Shown piece after piece: positions 6,474 to 14,789 of a stretch of 32,000 nt of DNA. Position 1 is the stretch's first letter. Each line of letters begins with the position of its first letter. Where the stretch lies: assembly GCF_000179635.2 (NCBI RefSeq), contig NC_014833.1, positions 240,001 through 272,000 of the forward strand, in the 5' to 3' direction. The notes under the pieces were generated by a model. It ran no database searches, was not told where the DNA came from, and saw only the letters and a list, made by a program, of their open reading frames with translations. This DNA comes from Ruminococcus albus 7 = DSM 20455. GTDB taxonomy: Bacteria > Bacillota > Clostridia > Oscillospirales > Ruminococcaceae. The position numbers and the translations under genes are program-made.

Positions 6474-6631
6474 TAGCAATTTACCAATAATATTTACCAT
6501 TGAAGAATTCATTTTTTAGTATAATCACTATATTTTTAATGATTTTTTGGTCAATACATCTTATTTATTTGTAAATGCTTCTTCAAACGGTACCCATGAA
6601 GATTGATAGTGTGATCTGTTATCGGGGTGTG

Positions 6632-6663
6632 AAAAATCCCTTGCTCATTTCTGAACAAGGGAT
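6632..6663 (-). terminator. intrinsic terminator of the tRNA-Gln pair
   Basis: The minus strand has the stem atcccttg ... caagggat followed by TTTTT. Confidence 0.75.
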
Positions 6664-6668
6664 GATTA

Positions 6669-6741
6669 TTGGGGCGGAAGGATTCGAACCTTCGGAGTGA
6701 CGGAGTCAGAGTCCGTTGCCTTACCGCTTGGCGACGCCCCA
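6669..6741 (-). tRNA. tRNA-Gln (anticodon CTG)
   Basis: The minus strand reads tggggcgtcgccaagcggtaaggcaacggaCTCTGACtccgtcactccgaaggttcgaatccttccgcccca+a. The acceptor, D, anticodon (loop ctCTGac) and T arms fold by hand. There is no encoded CCA. The variable region appears 1 nt longer than in its neighbour. Confidence 0.85.
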
Positions 6742-6744
6742 GTA

Positions 6745-6819
6745 TGGTTGGGATAGATGGATTCGAACCATCGAATGACGGAGTCAAAGTCCGTTGCCTT
6801 ACCGCTTGGCTATACCCCA
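6745..6819 (-). tRNA. tRNA-Gln (anticodon TTG), CCA encoded
   Basis: The minus strand reads tggggtatagccaagcggtaaggcaacggaCTTTGACtccgtcattcgatggttcgaatccatctatcccaacca. It forms a canonical cloverleaf with an encoded 3' CCA. Confidence 0.9.
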
Positions 6820-6868
6820 GCTTTTCGACATTCGAGCATCTCACTGTCTTGTCCCTGACAGCTTAATT

Positions 6869-6897
6869 ATTATAGCACAGCTTTTCAGAAAATGCAA
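6869..6897 (-). promoter_or_regulatory. sigma-A promoter of the tRNA-Gln operon
   Basis: The minus strand reads TTGCAT (6897-6892), a 17-nt spacer, then TATAAT (6874-6869), preceded by TGc (extended -10). Confidence 0.65.
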
Positions 6898-7036
6898 GTG
6901 GTTTCATAAAACGTTTACAAAACAGTTTCAAAACCGAAATATGCATACTATTTTAAAGAGAACATTAATTTTGGTGCTGCTATGCTATATTCCGCAAAAA
7001 TATTTGAAAAAATAAGATTTTTTACCTTTTTTTGAC

Positions 7037-7065
7037 TTGACTTCATGACTTTGATGTGCTATTAT
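7037..7065 (+). promoter_or_regulatory. sigma-A promoter of mscL
   Basis: TTGACT (7037-7042), a 17-nt spacer, then TATTAT (7060-7065), preceded by TGc. An overlapping TATAAT lies at 7064-7069. Confidence 0.5.
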
Positions 7066-7103
7066 AATATCAGATAAAAATTTCCGAAAGGTCGTGCAGA
7101 AGT

Positions 7104-7595
7104 ATGTTTAAGAAGTTTATGACAGAATTCAAGGCATTCGCACTCAAGGGCAACGTTATGGATATGGCGATCGGTGTTATCATCGGTGGCGCTTTCAGCG
7201 CTATCGTTACTGCACTCACCAGCTGCTTTATCAACCCCCTTATCGCTGTTATCACAGGCGGTGTGAAGTATGATGAGGAAGGCAATCCTCAGATTGTCGG
7301 CGGTTCTTTCAAGATCCGCGGTGTATCCTTTGATTACGGCGCATTCATTTCCGCGATACTCAATTTCCTTATCATCGCACTTGTTCTTTTCCTGCTTCTC
7401 AAAGCTATAAATGGCGCAGTTTCAAAGGCTGCGGCTCTTGCTAAGAAGAAAGAGGAAGAAGAGGAAGCTGTTGCTGAGCCTTCTGCTGAAGAAAAGCTCC
7501 TCACCGAGATCCGTGATCTGCTGACAGCAGGCGCTACTCCCGAGGCACTGGCAAAGATCGAAGCTGCTAAGGCTGATAACGAAGCTGCAAAGTAA
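7104..7595 (+). CDS. mscL: large-conductance mechanosensitive channel MscL with an acidic/Ala-rich C-terminal extension
   Basis: MFKKFMTEFKAFALKGNVMDMAIGVIIGGAFSAIVTALTSCFINPL is the MscL N-terminal and TM1 signature. Confidence 0.9.
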   Translation: MFKKFMTEFKAFALKGNVMDMAIGVIIGGAFSAIVTALTSCFINPLIAVITGGVKYDEEGNPQIVGGSFKIRGVSFDYGAFISAILNFLIIALVLFLLLKAINGAVSKAAALAKKKEEEEEAVAEPSAEEKLLTEIRDLLTAGATPEALAKIEAAKADNEAAK

Positions 7596-7610
7596 TAGCA
7601 AATGTTTTCG

Positions 7611-7637
7611 GAAGCTGTCCTTCGGGACAGCTTTTTT
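7611..7637 (+). terminator. intrinsic terminator of mscL
   Basis: gaagctgtcc ttcg ggacagctt followed by TTTTT. Confidence 0.85.
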
Positions 7638-7699
7638 GTTGACAAAATTTCATTAAGGGAGTATAATCATAATATCAATCTATAAAGGAAGTCTTGTAC

Positions 7700-8821
7700 A
7701 TGAATTTTTTAAGACGCTGCTGGGCGGAGATCGACCTTTCAGCTGTTGATTACAATGTTTGTGAATATAAAAAGCTGCTGCCGCAGGATACCGAGCTTAT
7801 GTGTGTAGTAAAAGCCTCCTGCTACGGGCACAGTGATGAGTTGATCGTACCGCGGCTGCAGCAGGTACACGGTGTAAGGTATTTTGCGGTATCAAATATA
7901 CTCGAGGGTATAAGGCTTCGTGAAATTGGTATAAACGGGGATATACTCATACTTGGTTATACTCCGCCCGAATGCGCGGCTGAGCTTGTTAAATACGATA
8001 TTATACAGGCTTGTACCGAACTGTGCTATGCTCAGGAACTCAGTGCGAATGCAAACGGTACTGTGCGACTGCATGGCGCCGTAGATACCGGTATGACTCG
8101 TATAGGCGTTCATGGGACCGCTGAAGAACAGGCTGATGAACTTGCGAAGGTATCGGCTTTGCCGAATATCTCCCTTGAAGGCATATTCACGCACTTCTCA
8201 TCTGCCGACGGTATTGATGATGCTGATGAAAAGTATACACAGATGCAGTCTGAAAGATTTTTCCGTGTAAGGGATCTTCTGAAAGAAAAAGGTATCAGAC
8301 TTAAACACGCCCACATAAAGAATTCAGCAGGCGGAGCATACGGGTATGGTGACGAAAGCACGCTGGCACGTCTTGGCATAATACTTTACGGTCTTTACCC
8401 CGACCCTGCCAAGTCCCTGCCTTTTGTGCCCAAGCCTGTTATGACCCTCAAAGCTGTCGTTTCTCAGGTGAAGTGGATCGATGAGGGTACAGCAGTCAGC
8501 TACGGCAGAACTTTTGTAAGCGACAGGAGGATGAAGCTTGCGACTGTCACTGCGGGATATGCCGACGGTTATCCGAGGGCGCTCTCAAACAAGGGCGAGG
8601 TCATTATCCGCGGAAAAAAATGCCGTATCTGCGGCAGAGTATGCATGGATCAGTTTATGTGCGATGTTACCGACATACCGGATGCGGCACCCGGCGATGA
8701 AGTTATACTGATGAATGCTGAGATAAATGCAGATGTTATAGCTGCACTGACAGGCACTATAGGATATGAGATCACCTGCGATATAACCTCGCGTGTGCCC
8801 CGTGTACCTGTAAACTCATGA
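7700..8821 (+). CDS. alr: alanine racemase
   Basis: ...RCWAEIDLSAVDYNV...MCVVKASCYGHS (PLP lysine context)...TRIG...VSYGRTF...AGYADGYPR...MDQFMCDV. The start is set at ATG 7700 (SD aaggaag, 8-nt spacer) rather than TTG 7694. Confidence 0.9.
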   Translation: MNFLRRCWAEIDLSAVDYNVCEYKKLLPQDTELMCVVKASCYGHSDELIVPRLQQVHGVRYFAVSNILEGIRLREIGINGDILILGYTPPECAAELVKYDIIQACTELCYAQELSANANGTVRLHGAVDTGMTRIGVHGTAEEQADELAKVSALPNISLEGIFTHFSSADGIDDADEKYTQMQSERFFRVRDLLKEKGIRLKHAHIKNSAGGAYGYGDESTLARLGIILYGLYPDPAKSLPFVPKPVMTLKAVVSQVKWIDEGTAVSYGRTFVSDRRMKLATVTAGYADGYPRALSNKGEVIIRGKKCRICGRVCMDQFMCDVTDIPDAAPGDEVILMNAEINADVIAALTGTIGYEITCDITSRVPRVPVNS

Positions 8822-8831
8822 TAAAAAACCA

Positions 8832-8863
8832 AGCCATAGAGGATGACCATATCCCCTATGGCT
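8832..8863. terminator. hairpin shared by convergent alr and the GGDEF gene
   Basis: The stem agccatag ... ctatggct has an inner ggat/atcc pairing and is followed by cattttatttt. Confidence 0.6.
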
Positions 8864-8867
8864 CATT

Positions 8868-9956
8868 TTATTTTACGGTTTTGTTTTTGCCTGAGTTTTT
8901 ACCCTGATGCATAAGCTTGTCAGCGTGAGAAATGATCTTTTCTATATCGTCACCGGGTTCGCCGCGGCATACGCCTATGGTCATGGTCACGCGGAAATTC
9001 CCGTTGTCTGATCTGAAGCTCTTTTTATAGATATCTTCGCGTATCTTATCAGCAAGTTCTGTACCGCTGGAAACATCGGCATTCGGTACTATAAACAGGA
9101 ATTCTTCACCGCCCCATCTGGCGGCGTAACCCTCGGCAGGAACTGTGCGAGCTATAACATCGGCGGTCTGCCTGAGTACTTCATCGCCTGTGAAATGGCC
9201 GTGTTTATCGTTGATCTTTTTGAGATCATCCAGATCACCGATACAGACAACATAGCCCTTGTCGGAACGAATGCTGTTATGCTGTATCAGCTTCAGGTAT
9301 TCGTTCATGGCGCGGCGGTTGAAAAGCTGTGTCAGCGGATCAATGGTAGCCAGCTTTATAAGGCTCTCATTCTTAGTCACCAGTTTGAACTGCATAAGTT
9401 CACGGCTGAACATATATATTGATGATACATAAAGCAGTATCAGCGCCGCAAAGGATATGTTCATGAAATAAACGATATTGTTTATAACACGGTCATTGAA
9501 GGTGTAGATATTACCTGATCCGCCGCCTGAACGTATATATGCCGCTATAGCAACATACAGCGCGAAGGGTACAAGTGAGAAAAGGTAAGGCGTTATCATC
9601 CGCCGCAGAGGAAGATAGAAGGGTATCGGTATGAGAAACAGCAGCATCGTACCGAAACCCATATCCCAGCCCATGGAAAAGCACCCAAGGCAGGAGTGTA
9701 CCATTACTTCGACCAGCGATATCAGTACCAGCCGCTTTCTGTAAGGGCGCTTGTAAAGCAGCACCAGCATTGAAAAGTAAAATGTGACACTGAATATATT
9801 GTAATAAATCATGGGCTTTACACCCAGTATCGAGAAAATGCACAGATAAGCGATATGTGATACCAACAGTGATATACCGCCTATGGAATACACAGTGCGT
9901 TCGTTAAGATCATCGAAACGCATTATATTAAAACCGGACTTTTTTCTTTTTTTCAA
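8868..9956 (-). CDS. membrane-anchored diguanylate cyclase (multi-TM N-terminal domain plus GGDEF domain)
   Basis: The N-terminal half is hydrophobic. The C-terminal half reads DPLTQLFNRRAMNEYL...GDLDDLKKINDKHGHFTGDEVL...ARWGGEEFLFIV, with a GGEEF active-site motif. Confidence 0.85.
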   Translation of the reverse strand: MKKRKKSGFNIMRFDDLNERTVYSIGGISLLVSHIAYLCIFSILGVKPMIYYNIFSVTFYFSMLVLLYKRPYRKRLVLISLVEVMVHSCLGCFSMGWDMGFGTMLLFLIPIPFYLPLRRMITPYLFSLVPFALYVAIAAYIRSGGGSGNIYTFNDRVINNIVYFMNISFAALILLYVSSIYMFSRELMQFKLVTKNESLIKLATIDPLTQLFNRRAMNEYLKLIQHNSIRSDKGYVVCIGDLDDLKKINDKHGHFTGDEVLRQTADVIARTVPAEGYAARWGGEEFLFIVPNADVSSGTELADKIREDIYKKSFRSDNGNFRVTMTIGVCRGEPGDDIEKIISHADKLMHQGKNSGKNKTVK

Positions 9957-10316
9957 TATATGCGCCCCCTTTCGTATTTCTGTATCAGTAAGTCTCTATC
10001 ATTTTTATGCTCATCCATTTGATACACCACGCTAAACAGCTATCTGACAGGCTGTAACAATAGTTGATATGTACTTAGTTATAATGTGATGCCGGGTTAT
10101 GTGCATAAGGGATAGCTATAATTATTTATACATTAATTATAAATTATTAAGAAACTATTTTCAAGACTATATATGCACAAATTTATATACTTTTTTTAGT
10201 GAAATAAGCATATAGATATCTGTGCGTTGTGATCGGCGGCTGTGATGACCGAATAATATCCCATTATTTTCCTGATTGTGAAGTTTATGCGTATAAAATT
10301 GAAAAATATGTGAAAA

Positions 10317-10343
10317 TTAGCACTCTCCACTTGACAGTGCTAA
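10317..10343. promoter_or_regulatory. CIRCE element (HrcA operator)
   Basis: TTAGCACTC-tccacttga-cAGTGCTAA matches the consensus TTAGCACTC-N9-GAGTGCTAA at 17 of 18 positions. It overlaps the -35 box of the hsp20 promoter. Confidence 0.8.
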
Positions 10344-10358
10344 AATTTGTGCTATAAT
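10331..10358 (+). promoter_or_regulatory. sigma-A promoter of hsp20
   Basis: TTGACA (10331-10336), a 16-nt spacer, then TATAAT (10353-10358), preceded by TGc. The 5' UTR is about 120 nt. Confidence 0.7.
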
Positions 10359-10483
10359 ATAATCAGAACAAAGGAACAGAACAGACCGCCGCGGAGGTCT
10401 GAACTATCCGTCCCGTTGCTCATGGTATAAACATTCGGCAAAAGGTCATAATATGTTTGTATGATGAAAAGGAGGACTGACCT

Positions 10484-10933
10484 ATGTTACTGCCTAGTAT
10501 TTTTGGAAATGATATGTTCGATGATATGATGGGTTTTCCGAGGTTTGATGACTTCGGGGATATTGACCGCAAGCTTTACGGCAAGCACGCTGACAGAGTA
10601 ATGAAGACGGATGTCAGTGAACATGATGACCACTTCGAGGTGGATATAGATCTGCCGGGCTTCAAAAAGGATGAGATAGAGATCGAACTCAGTTCGGGTT
10701 ATCTCTCTATCAGGGCATCAAAGGGGCTCGATAAGGACGAAACTACTCCAAAGGGCAAGCTGATAAGGCAGGAACGCTATGCAGGCGCTATGCAGAGAAG
10801 CTACTATGTAGGCAAGGATATCACCGAGGAGGATATCAAGGCGAAGTTCGATAACGGTGTATTGAGTCTGCAGATACCAAAGAAAGAGCCGCAGAAGGCT
10901 TTGCCCGAAACAAAGCGGATAGCCATTGAATAA
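10484..10933 (+). CDS. Hsp20/alpha-crystallin family small heat-shock protein
   Basis: ...MKTDVSEHDDHFEVDIDLPGFKKDEIEIELSSGYLSIRA...RSYYVGKDITEEDIKAKFDNGVLSLQIPK is the alpha-crystallin domain pattern. SD aaggagg lies upstream. Confidence 0.9.
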   Translation: MLLPSIFGNDMFDDMMGFPRFDDFGDIDRKLYGKHADRVMKTDVSEHDDHFEVDIDLPGFKKDEIEIELSSGYLSIRASKGLDKDETTPKGKLIRQERYAGAMQRSYYVGKDITEEDIKAKFDNGVLSLQIPKKEPQKALPETKRIAIE

Positions 10934-10939
10934 TATATC

Positions 10940-10975
10940 AGACACTTCTGCTGAAACGGCAGAAGTGTCTTTTTA
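10940..10975. terminator. bidirectional intrinsic terminator between hsp20 and gpr
   Basis: A 12-bp stem (agacacttctgc tgaaacg gcagaagtgtct) followed by TTTTT. Confidence 0.85.
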
Positions 10976-10989
10976 TTGTAAGGGAATAT

Positions 10990-11859
10990 CTATATAAGGC
11001 TTCTGAGTTCTTCGGCTGTCAGACTTTTCTGGAAAGCGAGATTTATACCTTCGGATATATATGCGGCGGCAGAAGCCGCAAGTTTGTCGATGCTTCCCGG
11101 AGTGACGGTCATGCGGTCGCATCCCTCGGGTGCGGCGGCACCGAATATCATCTCGGCGGCTGATGTGAGGTCAACTACCATGGGTACGCCTATAGCAACG
11201 CAGGTGACGCCGAGGGTCGCACGGGAAAGCTCTTTTCGGGAGTTTTCAACACCGCTTCCCGGGGATATGCCTGTATCACATATCTGTATCGTCCGCCCGA
11301 GATGCTCCAGATCCCAGCAGGCAAGGGCATCAACAGCTATGACAAGGTCGGGCTGAACTGCTTCACACAGGGCTTTGATATGCTCGGTGGATTCTATGCC
11401 CGTTTGACCCAGCACACCTGTTTCGATAGCTGATACTTCCGTCAGCTCGTCTGTTTCTGTTTCGTGTGCCAGATGTTTGATGTGTCTTGTAGCGAATATC
11501 TTATCCACCGTCAGAGGACCAAGTGCATCGGCGGTAAGCTGTCGGTTGCCAAGCCCTGCCACAAGTATGCGCTCGCATCCGTCTGCAAGTCTTCGCAGAG
11601 TCTCGGCAATTGTTCGTATACGTGCATCGCGGCAGGTACAGAAGTCATCAAAGGTACCGTCAAGAGCTTTAAGGGTGATATACCGCCCCTTGGGACGGCA
11701 CAGCTCAAGAGCTGCAGAGGAACTCTCAATGGTGATATCTGCGATCTCAAGCTGTGAGTCAGACAGTATATCTATCCTGCGGCTTACGCCTTCGAGGTCA
11801 CGGCTGAGGGAGAGCTTCCTGGCGGCTTCCACAGCAAGATCGGTTCGCGGGTCTTTCAT
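10990..11859 (-). CDS. gpr: germination protease (spore SASP endopeptidase GPR)
   Basis: The N-terminal RTDLAVEA, plus VAGLGNRQLTADALGP...ATRHI...VIAVDALA...IQICDTGISPGSGVENSRKELS...IGVPMVVD, matches GPR signatures. It is divergent from rpsT, as in Bacillus. Confidence 0.85.
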   Translation of the reverse strand: MKDPRTDLAVEAARKLSLSRDLEGVSRRIDILSDSQLEIADITIESSSAALELCRPKGRYITLKALDGTFDDFCTCRDARIRTIAETLRRLADGCERILVAGLGNRQLTADALGPLTVDKIFATRHIKHLAHETETDELTEVSAIETGVLGQTGIESTEHIKALCEAVQPDLVIAVDALACWDLEHLGRTIQICDTGISPGSGVENSRKELSRATLGVTCVAIGVPMVVDLTSAAEMIFGAAAPEGCDRMTVTPGSIDKLAASAAAYISEGINLAFQKSLTAEELRSLI

Positions 11860-11951
11860 TTACATACCTTCTTTCCCGGAATTATATTGTATTTTAAACA
11901 ATATGTACAAATAAAGTTCCGAAATTTTGCGGAATTTTTTTTGAAAACCCC

Positions 11952-11980
11952 TTGCAATTGGAGCAAAAATGTGTTACACT
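11952..11980 (+). promoter_or_regulatory. sigma-A promoter of rpsT
   Basis: TTGCAA (11952-11957), a 17-nt spacer, then TACACT (11975-11980), preceded by TGt. A leader of about 95 nt follows with hairpins tatccgca...tgcggata and gcttatc ctg ataagc. Confidence 0.55.
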
Positions 11981-12081
11981 ATTTTAGTAAGCTTGCCAAA
12001 TCTGTTATCCGCATTTCCTCTCAGTCTGCGGATAGCTTATCCTGATAAGCGAGATTTTATTCATTGAGGGAGGTGTCCATA

Positions 12082-12333
12082 ATGCCTAACATTAAGTCTG
12101 CAAAGAAGAGAGTTAAGGTCATCGAGAAGAAGACCCTGAGAAACAAGGCTATCAAGTCCGATCTTAAGACTGCTCTGAAGAAGGCTGATGCTGCTGTTGC
12201 TAACAATGCTGCTGATAAGGAGCAGGTAGTTAGAACCGCTATCAAGAAGGTCGATATGGCTTGCACAAAGGGTATTCTGCACAAGAATAACGCTGCAAGA
12301 AAGAAGTCTCAGCTTGCTAAGAAGCTCGGCTAA
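12082..12333 (+). CDS. rpsT: 30S ribosomal protein S20
   Basis: The sequence begins [36 protein letters not shown] gagggagg lies 8 nt upstream of ATG 12082. Confidence 0.95.
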   Translation: MPNIKSAKKRVKVIEKKTLRNKAIKSDLKTALKKADAAVANNAADKEQVVRTAIKKVDMACTKGILHKNNAARKKSQLAKKLG

Positions 12334-12354
12334 GATCGTTATTATAACGGATAT

Positions 12355-12387
12355 GACCCGATACCTTAAAGGTGTCGGGTCTTTTTG
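12355..12387 (+). terminator. intrinsic terminator of rpsT
   Basis: gacccgatacc ttaaa ggtgtcgggtc followed by TTTTT. Confidence 0.85.
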
Positions 12388-12555
12388 TGCCATGCGCGTT
12401 TTTCTGAATATGGAAGGGACTATCGGTTTAGTTATGCGCGTTTTGCATGAAAATAGTTTGTTCATAAAATAGCTGTATAAATAATGATAAAAAAGCATTA
12501 TAATTAAATAGCAGACTGATAGTTAGTAAGCTAATTATAAGGGGGCGAATAATTT

Positions 12556-13011
12556 GTGAGAAAAGAAATACAGAAAGAAGTTATCATAGCTTCCAAGTAT
12601 GTTCATCAGAAGATAGGATGTATAATAAATTCTGAGCTTGCCCACAACGATATAACTGCGGCGCAGAGCCATGTGCTGATGTTTATAATGTGTCATGAGC
12701 CTCCTGTTTATCCGTCGGATATACAGCGGGAGATGCATATTTCAGGGGCAACGGTATCGGGACTTGTGAAAAAGCTCAGGGCAAAAGGATACCTGACGCT
12801 GGAGGGCTGCGACACCGATGAACGCAGGCGAGGTCTGATAGCCACCGAAAAGGCTGCTATGCACAAAGCCGAGATAGAAAACTGCATGAGCAGTATTGAA
12901 GACAAAGCTTTCAAGGGATTTGAGGAAGATGAACTTGAAACTCTGAATAAATTGCTGTCGCGGATGGCAGAAAATTTAAAAGACGCTGAAAAGGAGGGTC
13001 AGGATAAATGA
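12556..13011 (+). CDS. MarR-family transcriptional regulator
   Basis: It has a 151-aa winged-helix pattern (...TAAQSHVLMFI...PSDIQREMHISGATVSGLVKKLRAKGYL...D.RR...). The start is GTG with SD aaggggg. Its stop overlaps the start of the downstream ABC gene (ATGA). Confidence 0.8.
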   Translation: MRKEIQKEVIIASKYVHQKIGCIINSELAHNDITAAQSHVLMFIMCHEPPVYPSDIQREMHISGATVSGLVKKLRAKGYLTLEGCDTDERRRGLIATEKAAMHKAEIENCMSSIEDKAFKGFEEDELETLNKLLSRMAENLKDAEKEGQDK

Positions 13012-14789
13012 AGAAGATCCTAGCTCAGATAAAGCAGTATAAAAAGGATACTATCCTCACGCCTATTTATGCGATGCTGGAAGTCGTTATGGAGGTACTG
13101 CTGCCATACATAATGGCGATGATAATCGACAAGGGAATTGAAAAAAACGATATGAAAGCAGTGTGGCTCTACGGCGGACTTATGGCGGGTGCGGCAATGG
13201 TCAGCCTGTTTTCGGGCATCATGTCGGGCGTACACGGTGCGAGGGCATCTACAGGTTTTGCCTGCAACCTGCGAGAGGAGATATACCGTAAGATACAGAC
13301 ATTCTCTTTTGGCAACATCGACAAGTTTTCAACTGCAGGTCTGGTAACGCGAATGACTACTGATGTCACCAATATACAGAACGCTTTCCAGATGTGCATA
13401 CGCATAGCAGTTCGTGCACCTTTTATGCTGATAAGCAGTATGGTGATGAGTTTCGTGGTAAGCCCGCGAATGAGCGGTATGTTCCTTGTGGCACTGCTGA
13501 TATTGGCTGTGGCGCTGGGTCTGGTGGTAAGGTTTGCTATGAAGACATTCAGCGCGGCTTTTCAGAAATACGATGAGCTCAATTCCAGCGTACAGGAAAA
13601 TGTATCGGCTATAAGAGTTGTAAAGGCGTATGTGCGTGAGGACTACGAAAAGCGGAAGTTCCGCAAAGCATCGGGCAACCTTTACAATATGTTCGTCAAG
13701 GCAGAGAGCATTGTGGCACTGAACAACCCTGTAATGATGTTTGTCAGCTATACGGCTATCATCGCTATAAGCTGGCTGGGTGCACACATGATAGTGGGCG
13801 GCACACTCACCACAGGTGAACTGACCAGCCTGTTCTCCTACATTTTCAGCGCGTTCATCTCGCTGATGATGCTTTCGTTCATATTTGTTATGATATCAAT
13901 GTCCACTGCCAGCATCAAGCGTATCAGCGAGGTGCTTGACGAAGAACCCGATCTCTCCGACAAGGCTGACACAATAAAGGAAATGAAGGACGGTTCCATC
14001 GACTTTGAGCACGTTGATTTTGCATACTTCAAGGGCGAGAACAAGGACGTGCTCCACGATATAGACCTGCATATTAAATCGGGTGAAACTATCGGTATAA
14101 TAGGACCTACAGGTTCAGGCAAGACCTCTCTTGTCAACCTTATAAGCAGACTTTACGATGTTACATCGGGGTCAGTTAAGGTCGGCGGAGTAGATGTAAG
14201 AGATTACGATATGGAGTTCCTCAGAAACAATGTATCTGTGGTATTGCAGAAGAACGTGCTGTTCTCGGGTACTATCATCGATAACCTGCGCTGGGGCAAC
14301 GAGAAAGCCACCGAAGAGGAATGTATAGAAGCCTGCAAGTCGGCTTGTGCAGATGAATTCATCGAGCGTATGCCTGATAAGTATAATTCACATATCGAGC
14401 GCGGCGGCGCTAACGTATCTGGCGGACAGAAGCAGAGACTCTGTATAGCAAGAGCGCTGATGAAGAGCCCCAAGGTGCTTATCCTTGATGATTCCACCAG
14501 TGCGGTGGATACCGCTACCGATGCGAAGATAAAGCAGGCATTTGCAGAGAGGATACCGGGCACTACAAAGATAATAATCGCACAGCGTATATCCAGTGTT
14601 GAAAAGGCTGACAGGATACTCGTTATAGAAGAAGGCAGGATAACAGGCATCGGTACTCACGAAGAACTGCTGAAAACCAGCGAGACCTACGCTGATATAT
14701 ATAACTCTCAGGCAGGCGGCGGAGGAGACTTTGACCGTCCCGAGAATGCCGACGGAAAAGCAGTAAGCGTAAGAAAGGAGGGAGTATAA
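13008..14789 (+). CDS. ABC exporter permease/ATPase half-transporter, subunit with a degenerate catalytic site
   Basis: A six-TM domain is followed by an NBD. Walker A is GPTGSGKTS, the signature is VSGGQKQR, and Walker B is VLILDDSTS (Ser in place of the catalytic Glu). Confidence 0.9.
   Translation: MKKILAQIKQYKKDTILTPIYAMLEVVMEVLLPYIMAMIIDKGIEKNDMKAVWLYGGLMAGAAMVSLFSGIMSGVHGARASTGFACNLREEIYRKIQTFSFGNIDKFSTAGLVTRMTTDVTNIQNAFQMCIRIAVRAPFMLISSMVMSFVVSPRMSGMFLVALLILAVALGLVVRFAMKTFSAAFQKYDELNSSVQENVSAIRVVKAYVREDYEKRKFRKASGNLYNMFVKAESIVALNNPVMMFVSYTAIIAISWLGAHMIVGGTLTTGELTSLFSYIFSAFISLMMLSFIFVMISMSTASIKRISEVLDEEPDLSDKADTIKEMKDGSIDFEHVDFAYFKGENKDVLHDIDLHIKSGETIGIIGPTGSGKTSLVNLISRLYDVTSGSVKVGGVDVRDYDMEFLRNNVSVVLQKNVLFSGTIIDNLRWGNEKATEEECIEACKSACADEFIERMPDKYNSHIERGGANVSGGQKQRLCIARALMKSPKVLILDDSTSAVDTATDAKIKQAFAERIPGTTKIIIAQRISSVEKADRILVIEEGRITGIGTHEELLKTSETYADIYNSQAGGGGDFDRPENADGKAVSVRKEGV

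Noticed and set aside
6551-6866. Track ORFs 6551-6844 (-) and 6669-6866 (+), of 97 and 65 aa
   Set aside because: They lie entirely over the two tRNA-Gln genes and their terminator and promoter. The translations are repeat artefacts of the two similar tRNA sequences, and there is no SD.
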